A stretch of 63,617 bases of DNA, the filler included, from Thermodesulfobacteriota bacterium (GTDB lineage Bacteria > DASVDK01): NCBI GenBank assembly GCA_036381125.1. It is 7 parts of 7 records of this genome, joined end to end, with 100 filler letters (N's around TTAATTAATTAA, not from the genome) between each part and the next. Parts side by side here need not be neighbours in the genome. Positions count along the whole stretch, not along the records: positions 18,312 to 24,180 come from DASVDK010000336.1; positions 24,281 to 42,172 come from DASVDK010000337.1; 5 more parts are not named here. One strand, given 5' to 3'. Below the pieces are notes generated by a model. It made no database searches. It saw nothing but the letters and a program-made list of their open reading frames with translations, and was not told the DNA's origin. Shown here one piece after another: positions 18,383 to 29,200 of this stretch (the stretch's first letter is position 1; each line of letters begins with the position of its first letter). The position numbers and the translations under genes are program-made.

Positions 18383-19657
18383 ATGATCCAGTTCGAGGAC
18401 GAGGTGGGCACGCACAACGCCCGCATCAAGGTCATCGGGGTAGGAGGAGGGGGCTGCAACGCGGTCAACACCATGATCGGCGCCCAGTTGCATTCCGTCG
18501 ACTTCATCGCGGCCAACACCGACCGCCAGGCGCTCGAGGCGTCGCGCGCCGGCATGAAGGTCCAGCTCGGCGCCAAGCTCACGCGGGGGCTCGGCGCCGG
18601 CGCGAACCCCGAGGTCGGCCGCAACGCCGCCATCGAGGACCGCGAGCAGCTGCGCGAGATCCTGTCGGGCAGCGACATGGTCTTCATCACCTGTGGTCTC
18701 GGCGGCGGCACCGGCACCGGCGGCGCGCCGGTCATCGCCGAGGTGGCCAAGGAGGTGGGCGCCCTCACGGTGGCCGTCGTGACCAAGCCGTTCCTCTTCG
18801 AGGGGAAGAAGCGCCTCAAGCAGGCGGAGGACGGCTGGCGGCAGCTGCGCAACGTCGTCGACACGCTCATCACCATCCCGAACCAGCGGCTGCTCAACAT
18901 CGCCGGCAAGTCGACCTCCATGCTCGACACGTTCAAGCGGGCCGACGAGGTCCTCCTCCAAGCGGTGAAGGGGATCTCGGACCTGATCACCATCCACGGC
19001 CTGATCAACCTCGACTTCGCCGACGTGCGGACGATCATGGCCGAGACCGGCATGGCGCTCATGGGGACCGGCACCGCCTCGGGCGACAACCGGGCGGTCG
19101 AGGCGGCGCAGAAGGCCATCAGCTCCCCGCTGCTCGAGGACGTCTCCATCCAGGGCGCCCGCGGGGTCCTCATCAACATCACCGGCGGCGCGAGCCTCTC
19201 CCTCTTCGAGGTCAACGAGGCCTCGACCCTCATCCAGGAGGAGGCGCACGAGGACGCCAACATCATCTTCGGCGCGGTCATCGACGAGTCGATGACCGAC
19301 GAGATCCGCGTGACGGTCATCGCGACCGGCTTCGGCGAGGACCGGGATCGCCGGGAGGAGCGGCCCACCTCGGGCTTCACCGTGAAGCCGGGCGGCCTGT
19401 CGCGGCGCGCCGTCGGCGCGACGGCGCCGACGACGCTCGCCGCGGCCACCCAGCTCGAGTACCCGGCGTACCTCCGGCGGACGCGCGAGTCGGCGATGCG
19501 GGAGGCGGCGGCGCTCGGCGAGGCGGTGCACCGGGCCGGCCGCGCCGAATCGGCGCTCGACCTGGCGCGCTACCCGCGCATCCCGGTCGCGCCGGCGCTC
19601 GACGAGGACGACTACGACGTGCCGGCGTTCCTCCGCCGGCCGGCCGCAGCGGACTGA
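18383..19657 (+). CDS. ftsZ: Cell division GTPase FtsZ
   Basis: [29 protein letters not shown], and C-terminal peptide [19 protein letters not shown]. Confidence 0.98.
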   Translation: MIQFEDEVGTHNARIKVIGVGGGGCNAVNTMIGAQLHSVDFIAANTDRQALEASRAGMKVQLGAKLTRGLGAGANPEVGRNAAIEDREQLREILSGSDMVFITCGLGGGTGTGGAPVIAEVAKEVGALTVAVVTKPFLFEGKKRLKQAEDGWRQLRNVVDTLITIPNQRLLNIAGKSTSMLDTFKRADEVLLQAVKGISDLITIHGLINLDFADVRTIMAETGMALMGTGTASGDNRAVEAAQKAISSPLLEDVSIQGARGVLINITGGASLSLFEVNEASTLIQEEAHEDANIIFGAVIDESMTDEIRVTVIATGFGEDRDRREERPTSGFTVKPGGLSRRAVGATAPTTLAAATQLEYPAYLRRTRESAMREAAALGEAVHRAGRAESALDLARYPRIPVAPALDEDDYDVPAFLRRPAAAD

Positions 19658-19662
19658 TGATC

Positions 19663-19725
19663 GGGGTCGGGTCTCGAGCCTTTCCGGCAGGCCGGAACGT
19701 CGGGAACAGGTAGGGACCTGACCCC
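19663..19725. repeat. Degenerate inverted pair of the 25-bp repeat family after ftsZ
   Basis: GGGGTCGGGTCTCGAGCCTTTCC ... GGAACAGGTAGGGACCTGACCCC; the ends can pair as a stem-loop. Confidence 0.7.
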
Positions 19726-19738
19726 GGGGAGGGGGAGC

Positions 19739-20944
19739 GTGAGGGTCCAGGAGTCTGGCGCCGACGGGGTGGCCGCCCTGGCGACGGCCCTGCCGGCGGC
19801 GCTCGCGCGGGCGGCGGGGGCTCACGGCGGGGTGCTGCTCGTCGCCGACGAGCCGGGCGGCGATCTCGTCCCGCGCGGGGTCGCCGCGGCGGACCGGCGG
19901 CGGCTGCCGCCGACGCCGCGATCGGGGGGGGACTTTCCGGCGCTCGCGGCGGCGCACCCGCTGGCCCGCTGGCTCGCCGAGCGGGGCGTCGCGCTCGCCA
20001 GGGGCGGCGCCGGGGAGCCGCCCGAGGGGCGTACGTGGCTCGCCGACCTCGGGCTCGACGCGGCGGTGGGGCTCGTCGAGCCCGACGCCGGGCGGCTGTC
20101 GGGGGCCGTCCTGCTCAGCGGGGGGGCGCGGCCGCTCGGCCGCCGGCGTCTCGCCGCGCTGCTCGAGACGTCGGCCCTCAGGCTCGAGGCGGCGCGGCTG
20201 CGCGATCGGCTCCGCACGGCGCAGGCGGCGCTCGAGCGGGCGGAGCGGCTCGTCGCGCTCGGCACGCTGACCGCCTCGCTGGCGCACGAGCTGAAGAACC
20301 CGCTCGTGGCCATCCGCACGTTCGCCCAGCTCCTCCCCGAGCGCTACGACGATCCCGACTTCCGCAGCCGCTTCGCGCCGATCGCCCTCGCGGAGATCGA
20401 CCGGGCGACGTCGCTCCTCACCGAGCTGCTCGACTTCGCGCGCGCGCCGAGGGACGCGGCCGCGCCGGCGAGGTCGGTCGAGCCGGCCGACGTGAACGCG
20501 ATCCTGGGCCAGATGCTGGTCCTGGCCGAGGCGGAGGCGCGCGGCCGGCGCATCCGCATCGCCCGGCGGCTCGACCCCGGGCTGCCGCACGTGGCCGCCG
20601 ACCGCGACCGGATGAAGCAGCTCTTCCTGAACCTCCTGCTCAACGCCATCGAGGCGATCGACGGCGACGAGGGGGAGGTCACCGTCGAGACGGCGACGCG
20701 CCTGGAGGAGGAGGGGGCGTTCGTCGCCATCGACGTGAGCGACACCGGCAGCGGCATCGCGCCGGCCGACCTCCCCTCGCTCTTCACGCCCTTCTTCACC
20801 CGCAAGGTGTCGGGCGTCGGCCTCGGGCTCTCCGTCTGCCGGGACATCGTCCACGCGCACCGCGGCCGCATCGAGATCCACAGCGAGCCGGGTCGCGGCA
20901 CGACGGTGCGCGTCCGGCTCCCCGTGGCAGGGGCGGCGTCGTGA
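19739..20944 (+). CDS. Cytoplasmic sensor histidine kinase (degenerate GAF-like N-terminus)
   Basis: H-box LAHELKNPL, N-box NLLLNAIEA, DTGSGI, FTPFFT, GVGLGL. No TM segment. Start codon uncertain. Confidence 0.88.
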   Translation: MRVQESGADGVAALATALPAALARAAGAHGGVLLVADEPGGDLVPRGVAAADRRRLPPTPRSGGDFPALAAAHPLARWLAERGVALARGGAGEPPEGRTWLADLGLDAAVGLVEPDAGRLSGAVLLSGGARPLGRRRLAALLETSALRLEAARLRDRLRTAQAALERAERLVALGTLTASLAHELKNPLVAIRTFAQLLPERYDDPDFRSRFAPIALAEIDRATSLLTELLDFARAPRDAAAPARSVEPADVNAILGQMLVLAEAEARGRRIRIARRLDPGLPHVAADRDRMKQLFLNLLLNAIEAIDGDEGEVTVETATRLEEEGAFVAIDVSDTGSGIAPADLPSLFTPFFTRKVSGVGLGLSVCRDIVHAHRGRIEIHSEPGRGTTVRVRLPVAGAAS

Positions 20945-22761
20945 GGCGGCGCAGCCGGATCCTCGTCGTCGACGGCGCGCCGAGCGTCCGGGAGTCGGTG
21001 CGCATGATCCTGGGGGCCGAGCACGACGTCGTCACCGCCGGTTCGCCCGAGGAGGCCCTCGCCGAGGCGGGGCGGGAACGCCCCGACCTGATCCTCGCCG
21101 GCGGGCCGGCCGGCGCGCCGCGGCGCCCGCCGGGCGCCGCACCCTGGGCGGCGCGGCTCGCGCGCGACCTCGGCGTCCCGTCCGTCGTCGCGCTGCCGCT
21201 CCCCTTCGGCGTGGCCGACCTGCGCGGCCGCGTCCGGCGGGCGCTGGCCGCCGGCGCCGGGGAGCCGGCCGCGGCCGAGGGGCCGACCGCGCCCTGGCCG
21301 CCCGGGTTCGTGCGGGCGCTCCTCGAGGCGGCCGATCCGTCGGGGCGGCTCGCCCACGTCGCCTCGCGCGCCGCGTCGACGGGGCTGCCGGTGCTCCTGG
21401 TCGGCGAGCGGGGAACGGGGCGGGAGAGCCTCGCGCGGGCCATCCACGCGGCCGGGCCGGACGCCGCCGGGCCGTTCGTGGCGCTCGCCTGCGCCGGGCT
21501 CGCGCCCGAGGCGCTCGAGGCGCGGCTCGCGCGCGTGGCGGCCGCGGGCGCGCGGCCGACGCTGTTCCTCAAGGGGGTCGACGACGCGAGCCCGGCGCTC
21601 CAGGCGGCGCTGCTCGAGCGGCTCGCCGACGGGCGCCTTGGCCGCGGCGCGCGGCCGATCGCGTCGGCGTCCGAGGCGCTCGACGCGCGCCTCGAGTCGG
21701 GCGCCCTGGCCGAGGCGCTGGTCGAGGCGCTCGGCGTGCTGCGCCTCGACCTGCCGCCCCTGCGGGAGCGGCCGGACGCGATCGCCGCCCTCGCCCCGTT
21801 CATCTTCGAGCGGATTCGCGAGGAGGGGCGGCTGTCGCGCACCTGCCGGCTCACCCCCGAGGCGCAGGCGCGGCTCGCCGCCTACGTCTGGCCCGGGAAC
21901 CTGACCGAGCTCTCGCGCGTGCTCGCGCGCAGCGCCGCGCTGGCCGACCGCGACCTGCTCGACGCCGACCAGGTCGACTTCGGGTTCGGCGCCGCCGCCT
22001 CGTCGGCCGAGGCGGTCGCCGCGCCGCCTCGAGGGGCCGGCGCCGAGGGCGGCCAGGAGCCCGCGCCCGCCTCCGGGGCGGCCGATCGCCACTTCGCCGC
22101 GCTCACCGCCGAGCTGGCGCACGAGATCAAGAACCCGCTCGTGGCGATCAAGACGTTCACGCAGCTCCTCGGCGAGAAGTTCGACGACGCCGAGTTCCGG
22201 CGGGAGTTCTACGCGGTGGTGCGGCGCGACGTCGAGCGGATCGACCACCTGGTGGAGGGCGTCCTCCACGCGGCCGACGCCGTGCCGACCGAGCCGCGGC
22301 CGACCGATCTCAACGCGGTCCTCGAGGCGGTCCTCCGCGAGAGCGAGGGGTGGATGGTCGAGCGCCGGGTGGTCGCCTTCAAGGACCTCGGCGACCGGAT
22401 CCCCATGGCGCTCACCGACCCGGGGCAGGCCCGGGCGGCGCTGTTCAACGTCGTCGCGCGGGCCCTCGCCTCCCTGCCGGCCGGCGAGGACCTGTTCCTC
22501 GCCACGCGCGGCTGCCGCGACGGCGTCGAGGCGGTCGTGAGCTACCGCGACGCGAGTCCCCACGACGTGGGGCTCCTCGGCGAGCGGGGCGAGGAGCTGG
22601 AGCTGACGCTGGCCCGCGCGGCGCTCGAGCGCGCCGGCGGCCGGCTCACGGTGCGGCGCGAGCCCGGCGGCCGGACGACCGTGTCGCTCGGCTTCCGCGC
22701 GGCGGAGGCCGAACGCGCGGTGCAGGCGCTCCGGCCGGTGCCGGGCCGCCGAATGGCCTGA
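20941..22761 (+). CDS. Pseudo-receiver / degenerate sigma54-activator AAA+ / HisKA / degenerate HATPase fusion
   Basis: GTG start overlaps the kinase stop (GTGA). ILVVDGAP...PDLILAG; VLLVGERGTGRE...TLFLKGVDD...LPPLRER...WPGNLTEL; LAHEIKNPLVAIKTF; C-terminal CA-like region without G-boxes. Confidence 0.8.
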   Translation: MRRRSRILVVDGAPSVRESVRMILGAEHDVVTAGSPEEALAEAGRERPDLILAGGPAGAPRRPPGAAPWAARLARDLGVPSVVALPLPFGVADLRGRVRRALAAGAGEPAAAEGPTAPWPPGFVRALLEAADPSGRLAHVASRAASTGLPVLLVGERGTGRESLARAIHAAGPDAAGPFVALACAGLAPEALEARLARVAAAGARPTLFLKGVDDASPALQAALLERLADGRLGRGARPIASASEALDARLESGALAEALVEALGVLRLDLPPLRERPDAIAALAPFIFERIREEGRLSRTCRLTPEAQARLAAYVWPGNLTELSRVLARSAALADRDLLDADQVDFGFGAAASSAEAVAAPPRGAGAEGGQEPAPASGAADRHFAALTAELAHEIKNPLVAIKTFTQLLGEKFDDAEFRREFYAVVRRDVERIDHLVEGVLHAADAVPTEPRPTDLNAVLEAVLRESEGWMVERRVVAFKDLGDRIPMALTDPGQARAALFNVVARALASLPAGEDLFLATRGCRDGVEAVVSYRDASPHDVGLLGERGEELELTLARAALERAGGRLTVRREPGGRTTVSLGFRAAEAERAVQALRPVPGRRMA

Positions 22762-22773
22762 AGAGGAGACTCC

Positions 22774-24180
<1,407 letters not shown>

Positions 24181-24280
24181 NNNNNNNNNNNNNNNNNNNN
24201 NNNNNNNNNNNNNNNNNNNNNNNNTTAATTAATTAANNNNNNNNNNNNNNNNNNNNNNNNNNNNNNNNNNNNNNNNNNNN
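24181..24280. other. Artificial contig linker
   Basis: Same N/TTAATTAATTAA/N structure. Confidence 0.99.
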
Positions 24281-24631
24281 GGCGGCGACCTGGCCGAGGC
24301 CGAGGGCCTCGTGCGAGAGGCGCTCGCGCTGTCGGGCGAGCGCCCCGGCCTCCTCGACACGCTGGCCGTGGTGCTGCTCGAGCGCGGCCGGCCGGTCGAG
24401 GCGCGCCAGGTCCTCGAGCGCGCCGTGGAGCTGGCGCCGGACGACGACGGCATCCTCGAGTCGCTCGCCGATGCCTGCCTTGCGCTCGGCGACGCCGACT
24501 GCGCCCGCCACGCGCTGCGCGAAGCGGTCGCCGCCCGGCCGGCCTCCCCCGACCGCGAGCGCGCCCTTGCCGACCGGCTCGAGCGGCTCGACGAGGACGG
24601 CGTGGCCGCCGCGCGACCGGCGGCGCCATGA
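24281..24631 (+). CDS. TPR-repeat protein, C-terminal fragment
   Basis: LAEAEGLVREALAL...LLDTLAVVLLERGRPVEARQVLERAVELAPDD is a typical TPR pattern. Confidence 0.7.
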   Translation, partial: GGDLAEAEGLVREALALSGERPGLLDTLAVVLLERGRPVEARQVLERAVELAPDDDGILESLADACLALGDADCARHALREAVAARPASPDRERALADRLERLDEDGVAAARPAAP

Positions 24632-25419
24632 CCCGGCTCACGCGGCGTCGGCTCCTCGTCCTCGGCGCGAGCGCGCTCGCGCCGGCCGCGCTCGGCGGCT
24701 GCGGCGCCACGACCCGGGTCGTTCCGGGCACGACCATCACGCTGCGGGGCGGGCCCATGCAGGGCCTCCTGCTCGCCCGCGCCGAACGGCACGTCGCCGA
24801 CGCCTGCCGGCAGCTCTCGACGGTCCTCGGGGACCCGCCCGCCGCGCCGCTCGAGGTTCGGCTCGTCTCGCACTTCTCGAGCCCCGCGGGTCCCGGTGCC
24901 GCCGCGCGCTACCTGCCGGCCGAGCGGGTCATCGAGGTGCAGCTCGCCACCAGCCACGATCCGCTCGGCGACCTGCGCGAGTTCCGCGCCTGCATCTGGC
25001 ACGAGTACGTCCACGTCCTGCTCCACGACCGGACCGGAGGGGAGCCGCTGCCGGCCTGGTTCGACGAGGGGGTGGCCGAGTACTTCGGCCGCTACGGCAG
25101 CGGGATCGACTGGCGGCCCGAGTCGCGGGGGGGCGCCTTCCTCGAGGTCGTGCGCACCAGGCGCGTGCCGCGCTTCTTCGAGATCGATCGGCTCTTCTAC
25201 GCCGCCGACCACGCCCGCGCCTACACCGCGTACGCGTTCGCCTACACCGCGGCCGCGCTGCTCGTCGCACGCTTCGGCGACTCGGCGCCGGCGCTCGTGG
25301 CCGAGGCCGTCCGCCAGCGCTACACCGTCGGCGGCGCGCTCCGGCGGCTCTACGGCACCCGGCTTGCCGACTTCGAGGCCGAGTGGCAGGCGTCGCTCAT
25401 TACCCGCTACGCCACGTGA
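24628..25419 (+). CDS. Tat-exported lipoprotein zinc metallopeptidase (gluzincin / peptidase MA-like)
   Basis: TRRRLL twin-arginine motif, lipobox LGGC, HEYVH and downstream PAWFDEGVAEY. Confidence 0.78.
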   Translation: MTRLTRRRLLVLGASALAPAALGGCGATTRVVPGTTITLRGGPMQGLLLARAERHVADACRQLSTVLGDPPAAPLEVRLVSHFSSPAGPGAAARYLPAERVIEVQLATSHDPLGDLREFRACIWHEYVHVLLHDRTGGEPLPAWFDEGVAEYFGRYGSGIDWRPESRGGAFLEVVRTRRVPRFFEIDRLFYAADHARAYTAYAFAYTAAALLVARFGDSAPALVAEAVRQRYTVGGALRRLYGTRLADFEAEWQASLITRYAT

Positions 25420-25449
25420 CCATCGGCGCGCTGCAGGAGATCGGACTCC

Positions 25450-26847
25450 ATGCTCTTCATCGACAAGGTGACCCGCACGTTCCGCTGCCAGAACGACCAG
25501 CGTCCGGGCGTCTTCGGCGCGCTCGCCACGGCCATCGGCCAGGAGGAGGCGCTCCTCGGCGACGTCCGGACCGTATCGATCGGGCGCCTGCACATCGTCC
25601 GCGACATCACGGTGTACGTGGACGACGAGGCGCACCTCGCGCGGGTCGTCGAGCGGGTGCGGCGCCAGCCGGGCGTCGAGCTGCTCGCGGTGATCGACGA
25701 CGTGCTCGAGGCGCACGAGGGGGGCAAGATCGTCGTGCGGTCGAGGCGTCCCATCGGGCGCATCACCGACCTGCGGCGCGTCTACACGCCGGGCGTCGCC
25801 CAGGTCTGCCGGCTCCTCGTCCAGGACCCCTCCAAGGCGCACGCGTACACGACCATCTCGCGGACGGTCGCCATCGTCACCGACGGCACCGCCGTCCTCG
25901 GGCTCGGCGACATCGGGCCGGTGGCCGGGATGCCGGTCATGGAGGGGAAGGCGGCGCTCTTCGCGGAGCTGGTGGGCCTCAACGCGGTGCCGATCCTCCT
26001 CGATACGAAGGACCCGGACGAGATCGTCCGCGCCGTGCGCGCCATCGCGCCGACGTTCGGCGGCATCCAGCTCGAGGACATCGCGGCGCCGGCCTGCTTC
26101 GAGGTCGAGTCGCGGCTGGTCGAGGCGCTCGACGTGCCGGTGCTCCACGACGACCAGCACGGCACGGCCGTCGTCGCGCTGGCGGCCGTCATCGTCGCCT
26201 GCCGGCACGCGGGGCTCGACCTGCGGCGCGTGCGGTACGGCCACATCGGGCTCGGCGCGGCCGGGCTCGCCACGTCCCGGCTCATCATGCGGTACACCGG
26301 CAATCCGGTGATCGGCACCGACCTCAGGGAGGACGCCCTCGCGCGGCTGCGCGAGGCGGGCGGCCGCACCGGGACCCTCGCCGACGTCCTCGCGCAGGCC
26401 GACGTCGTCGTCGCCACCACCGGCGTGCCCGGGCTCATCAGGCCGGAGTGGGTGCGCAAGGGGCAGGTGATCCTGGCGCTCTCGAACCCGGACCCGGAGA
26501 TCACCCCGGAGGCGGCGCTCGCGGCCGGCGCCGCGTTCGCCGCCGACGGCCGCGCGGTCAACAACGTCCTCGGCTTCCCCGGGCTCTTCAAGGGGGCGCT
26601 CGACGCGCGGGCGCGGCGCTTCACGTTCGAGATGCTGCTCGCCGCGGCCGAGGCCATCGCCGGACGCACCGAGGGGCACGAGCTGGTGCCCTCGCCGCTC
26701 GACCTCGAGCTGCACCACGCGGTCGCGCACGCCGTGGCGCGCGGCGCCATCGACTCGGGGGTCGCGCGGGCGCCGCTCGACGAGGACTACTTCAACGCCG
26801 ACCCCCCCTCCCGACCGGTGCCGACATCCTGGGGAGTCAGAGCCTGA
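25450..26847 (+). CDS. Malic enzyme with N-terminal ACT domain
   Basis: YTPGVA, VTDGTAVLGLGDIG, PVMEGKA, IQLEDI, HDDQHGTA, LSNPDPEI, NNVLGFPGLFKG; about 75-aa ACT-like N-terminus. Confidence 0.92.
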   Translation: MLFIDKVTRTFRCQNDQRPGVFGALATAIGQEEALLGDVRTVSIGRLHIVRDITVYVDDEAHLARVVERVRRQPGVELLAVIDDVLEAHEGGKIVVRSRRPIGRITDLRRVYTPGVAQVCRLLVQDPSKAHAYTTISRTVAIVTDGTAVLGLGDIGPVAGMPVMEGKAALFAELVGLNAVPILLDTKDPDEIVRAVRAIAPTFGGIQLEDIAAPACFEVESRLVEALDVPVLHDDQHGTAVVALAAVIVACRHAGLDLRRVRYGHIGLGAAGLATSRLIMRYTGNPVIGTDLREDALARLREAGGRTGTLADVLAQADVVVATTGVPGLIRPEWVRKGQVILALSNPDPEITPEAALAAGAAFAADGRAVNNVLGFPGLFKGALDARARRFTFEMLLAAAEAIAGRTEGHELVPSPLDLELHHAVAHAVARGAIDSGVARAPLDEDYFNADPPSRPVPTSWGVRA

Positions 26848-26866
26848 CCCGGCCGGCGACCCTGCC

Positions 26867-27035
26867 GGGGTCAGGCCTCAACTTTTTCCATGGGGTCAGG
26901 CCTATCCATTTTCCATGGGGTCAGGCCTCAACTTTTTCCATGGGGTCAGGCCTATCCATTTTCCAGGCCTGGCCGTTCTCTCGGGTTGGAAAACGGAAAG
27001 ACCTGACCCCGCGGAAAACGGAAAGACCTGACCCC
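26867..27035. repeat. 25-bp repeat family: 4 forward units (ABAB) plus 2 inverted units
   Basis: Forward units start at 26867, 26892, 26917 and 26942 (A=GGGGTCAGGCCTCAACTTTTTCCAT, B=GGGGTCAGGCCTATCCATTTTCCA[T/G]). Inverted units at 26986-27010 and 27011-27035. Lies between convergent genes. Confidence 0.95.
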
Positions 27036-27038
27036 GAT

Positions 27039-28214
27039 CTAGTGCGCGGCGGGGAGTTCGACGGTGAAGCGGGCGCCCTGGCCGGGTGTCGAGGCGGCCT
27101 CGATGCGGCCGCCGTGGTCGCGTACGACGTCGAGGCAGAGCGACAGCCCGAGGCCGGTCCCCTGGCCCTCGGGCTTCGTCGTGTAGAAGGGGTGGAAGAT
27201 GCGGTCGATGTCGCGCGGCGCGATGCCGGGGCCGTCGTCCTCGACGGCGAGGCGGACGCCCGAGGAGACGTCGTCGAACCGGCAGGGGGCGGTGCGTACC
27301 ACCACGCGCCCCGGCCTGCGGCCCGCGGCCGCGAGCGCCTGCCTCGCGTTCGTCATGAGGTTCAGCACGACCTGCTCGAGCTGCTGCTCGTCACCAAGCA
27401 CCGGCGCCAGGTCGGAGGCAAGGTCGAGCTGGACCTCCACGCGGGCCAGCCGCATCTCCGAGGCCTCCAGTTCGGCCGCGGCGCGCACGACGGCGTTCAC
27501 GTCGACGAGCCGGCGTTCCGGGTCGCGCTTGCGCGCGAAGCCGAGCAGGTTCTTCGCGATGCGCGTGGCGCGCTCCGCCGAGGCGGTGAGCTTGGCGACG
27601 TCGCGCGTGATCTGGAGGTCGCCGATCTCATCCGCCCGCCCGGCGATGAGCTGCGCGTAGCCCAGCACGGCGGTGAGGGGGTTGTTGATCTCGTGCGCCA
27701 CGCCCGAGAGGAGCTGGCCGAGGGTGGCCATCTTGCCCGCCTGCAGGAGCTCCGACCTGAGGGCCCGGCAGGCCCGCTCGGCCTCGTCAAGCGCCCCGCG
27801 CACCTCCGCGCGCCGGCGCAGCAGGGCCCGGATGCGGGCCGACAGCTCCCGCTCGTCGAAGGGCTTGGTGATGTAGTCGCTCGCGCCCATCTCGAAGGCG
27901 GCCGTCTTGTGCGCCATCTCGGTGCGCGCCGTGATGAAGATGACCGGCGTGTCCGCCGTGCTCGGGTCGGAGCGGATCGCCTTGCAGGCGGCGAGCCCGT
28001 CGAGGTCCGGCATGGTGATGTCGAGCAGGATCAGGTCGGGCCGGTGCAGCGCCGCGGCGCGCACCCCCTCCTGTCCGCTCCGCGCCGAGATGGTGCGGTA
28101 GCCGAGGTCGGTGAGGAGCACGTCGGCCGCCTCGCAAATGGCCGGCTCGTCGTCGACGACGAGCACCAGGGGCGGCGGCTCCACCGGGGCCGTCACGGCA
28201 AGGGCCGTGTTCAT
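27039..28214 (-). CDS. Hybrid REC-histidine kinase (cytoplasmic)
   Basis: LVVDDE, DLILLDITMP, ITKPF; coiled coil; VAHEINNPL, NLMTNARQA, DDGPGI, FYTTK, GTGLGL. Confidence 0.92.
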   Translation of the reverse strand: MNTALAVTAPVEPPPLVLVVDDEPAICEAADVLLTDLGYRTISARSGQEGVRAAALHRPDLILLDITMPDLDGLAACKAIRSDPSTADTPVIFITARTEMAHKTAAFEMGASDYITKPFDERELSARIRALLRRRAEVRGALDEAERACRALRSELLQAGKMATLGQLLSGVAHEINNPLTAVLGYAQLIAGRADEIGDLQITRDVAKLTASAERATRIAKNLLGFARKRDPERRLVDVNAVVRAAAELEASEMRLARVEVQLDLASDLAPVLGDEQQLEQVVLNLMTNARQALAAAGRRPGRVVVRTAPCRFDDVSSGVRLAVEDDGPGIAPRDIDRIFHPFYTTKPEGQGTGLGLSLCLDVVRDHGGRIEAASTPGQGARFTVELPAAH

Positions 28215-28435
28215 GCGCTCCGCTCCCCGATGATGGCTGCGGCGGCGAGGCCGGATCCCCGCATGGGACCCTCCTGCGGTCGAACGACCTGACGACGATG
28301 GACGCGCGGCGGCCCCGGTTCTGGTCGAGGCCGGCCGTGCGTCCTGTAGACCCGAAAACGGAGGGCTTGTCAAGCGCTGCTCGCATCGGCGCCGGGTCCG
28401 GCGGCCCGCGCCGTCCGGGTCGGCCGCGCGAACCG

Positions 28436-29200
28436 TCAGTCTGCCCGCCAGCCGGCCAGGAGGGCCGGCGCGTCGAGGCTCGCGCCGTGCCGGTCCCGGG
28501 CGTCGGGATGGGCGGCGCACCAGAGGAACACGCGCGCGACCTCCTCGGGCGGCGCCACGGAGGCGGGATCCTCCTGCGGGTAGGCGGCCGCCCGCATCGC
28601 GGTACGCGTGGGGCCGGGGTTGACGGCGAGGACCACGAGGCCGCGGCCGTCGGTCTCGGCCGCGAGCACCTGCGTGAGCCCCTCGATGCCGAACTTGCTC
28701 ACCGCGTAGGCGCCCCACCGCGCCTTCCCGGTCCGGCCGACCCCGGACGACACGTTGAGGATGCTCGCAAAGCGAGGCGGCTCGGCCCGGAGCATCGGCA
28801 GGCAGGCCTTGACGAGGCGGAAGGGCGCGGTGAGGTTCACCGCGAGCGTCGCGTCCCACTCCGCCTCGGGGTAGTCGGCGATCGGGACGCGGGGCCCGAG
28901 ACGCCCCGCGTTGTTGACGAGGCAGGTGAGCCGTCCGAACCGGTCGCGCACCCCGGACGCAACGCGAGCCGGCGCCTGCGGGTCGGCGAGGTCGGCGGGG
29001 ACCGGCAGGACGTCGGGCGCGCCGGCCGCAAGGAGCGCGCGGGCCTGGGTGCGCAGCAGGCCGCCGTCCCGGGCCACGAGGGCGAGCGCGGCGCCGCGGG
29101 AGGCGAAGAGGCGGGCCACCGCGGCGCCGAGGCCGCGCGTCGCGCCGGTGACCAGCGCGACGGCGCCGTCGAGCCTGAGGCCGGCGGTCGGGTCAGGCAC
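28436..29200 (-). CDS. Short-chain dehydrogenase/reductase (YciK-like)
   Basis: TGATRGLG, NNAG, WGAYAVSK, NPGPTRTAMRAAAYPQEDP. GTG start overlaps the hpnE stop. Confidence 0.85.
   Translation of the reverse strand: MPDPTAGLRLDGAVALVTGATRGLGAAVARLFASRGAALALVARDGGLLRTQARALLAAGAPDVLPVPADLADPQAPARVASGVRDRFGRLTCLVNNAGRLGPRVPIADYPEAEWDATLAVNLTAPFRLVKACLPMLRAEPPRFASILNVSSGVGRTGKARWGAYAVSKFGIEGLTQVLAAETDGRGLVVLAVNPGPTRTAMRAAAYPQEDPASVAPPEEVARVFLWCAAHPDARDRHGASLDAPALLAGWRAD

Noticed and set aside
26867-27035. 25-bp arrays as a CRISPR array
   Set aside because: Units abut with no unique spacers, occur in both orientations, are dispersed at gene ends, and no cas gene or leader is present.
28345-28373. 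sigma70 promoter for the hybrid kinase
   Set aside because: Perfect minus-strand TTGACA but no convincing -10 at 16-18 nt spacing.
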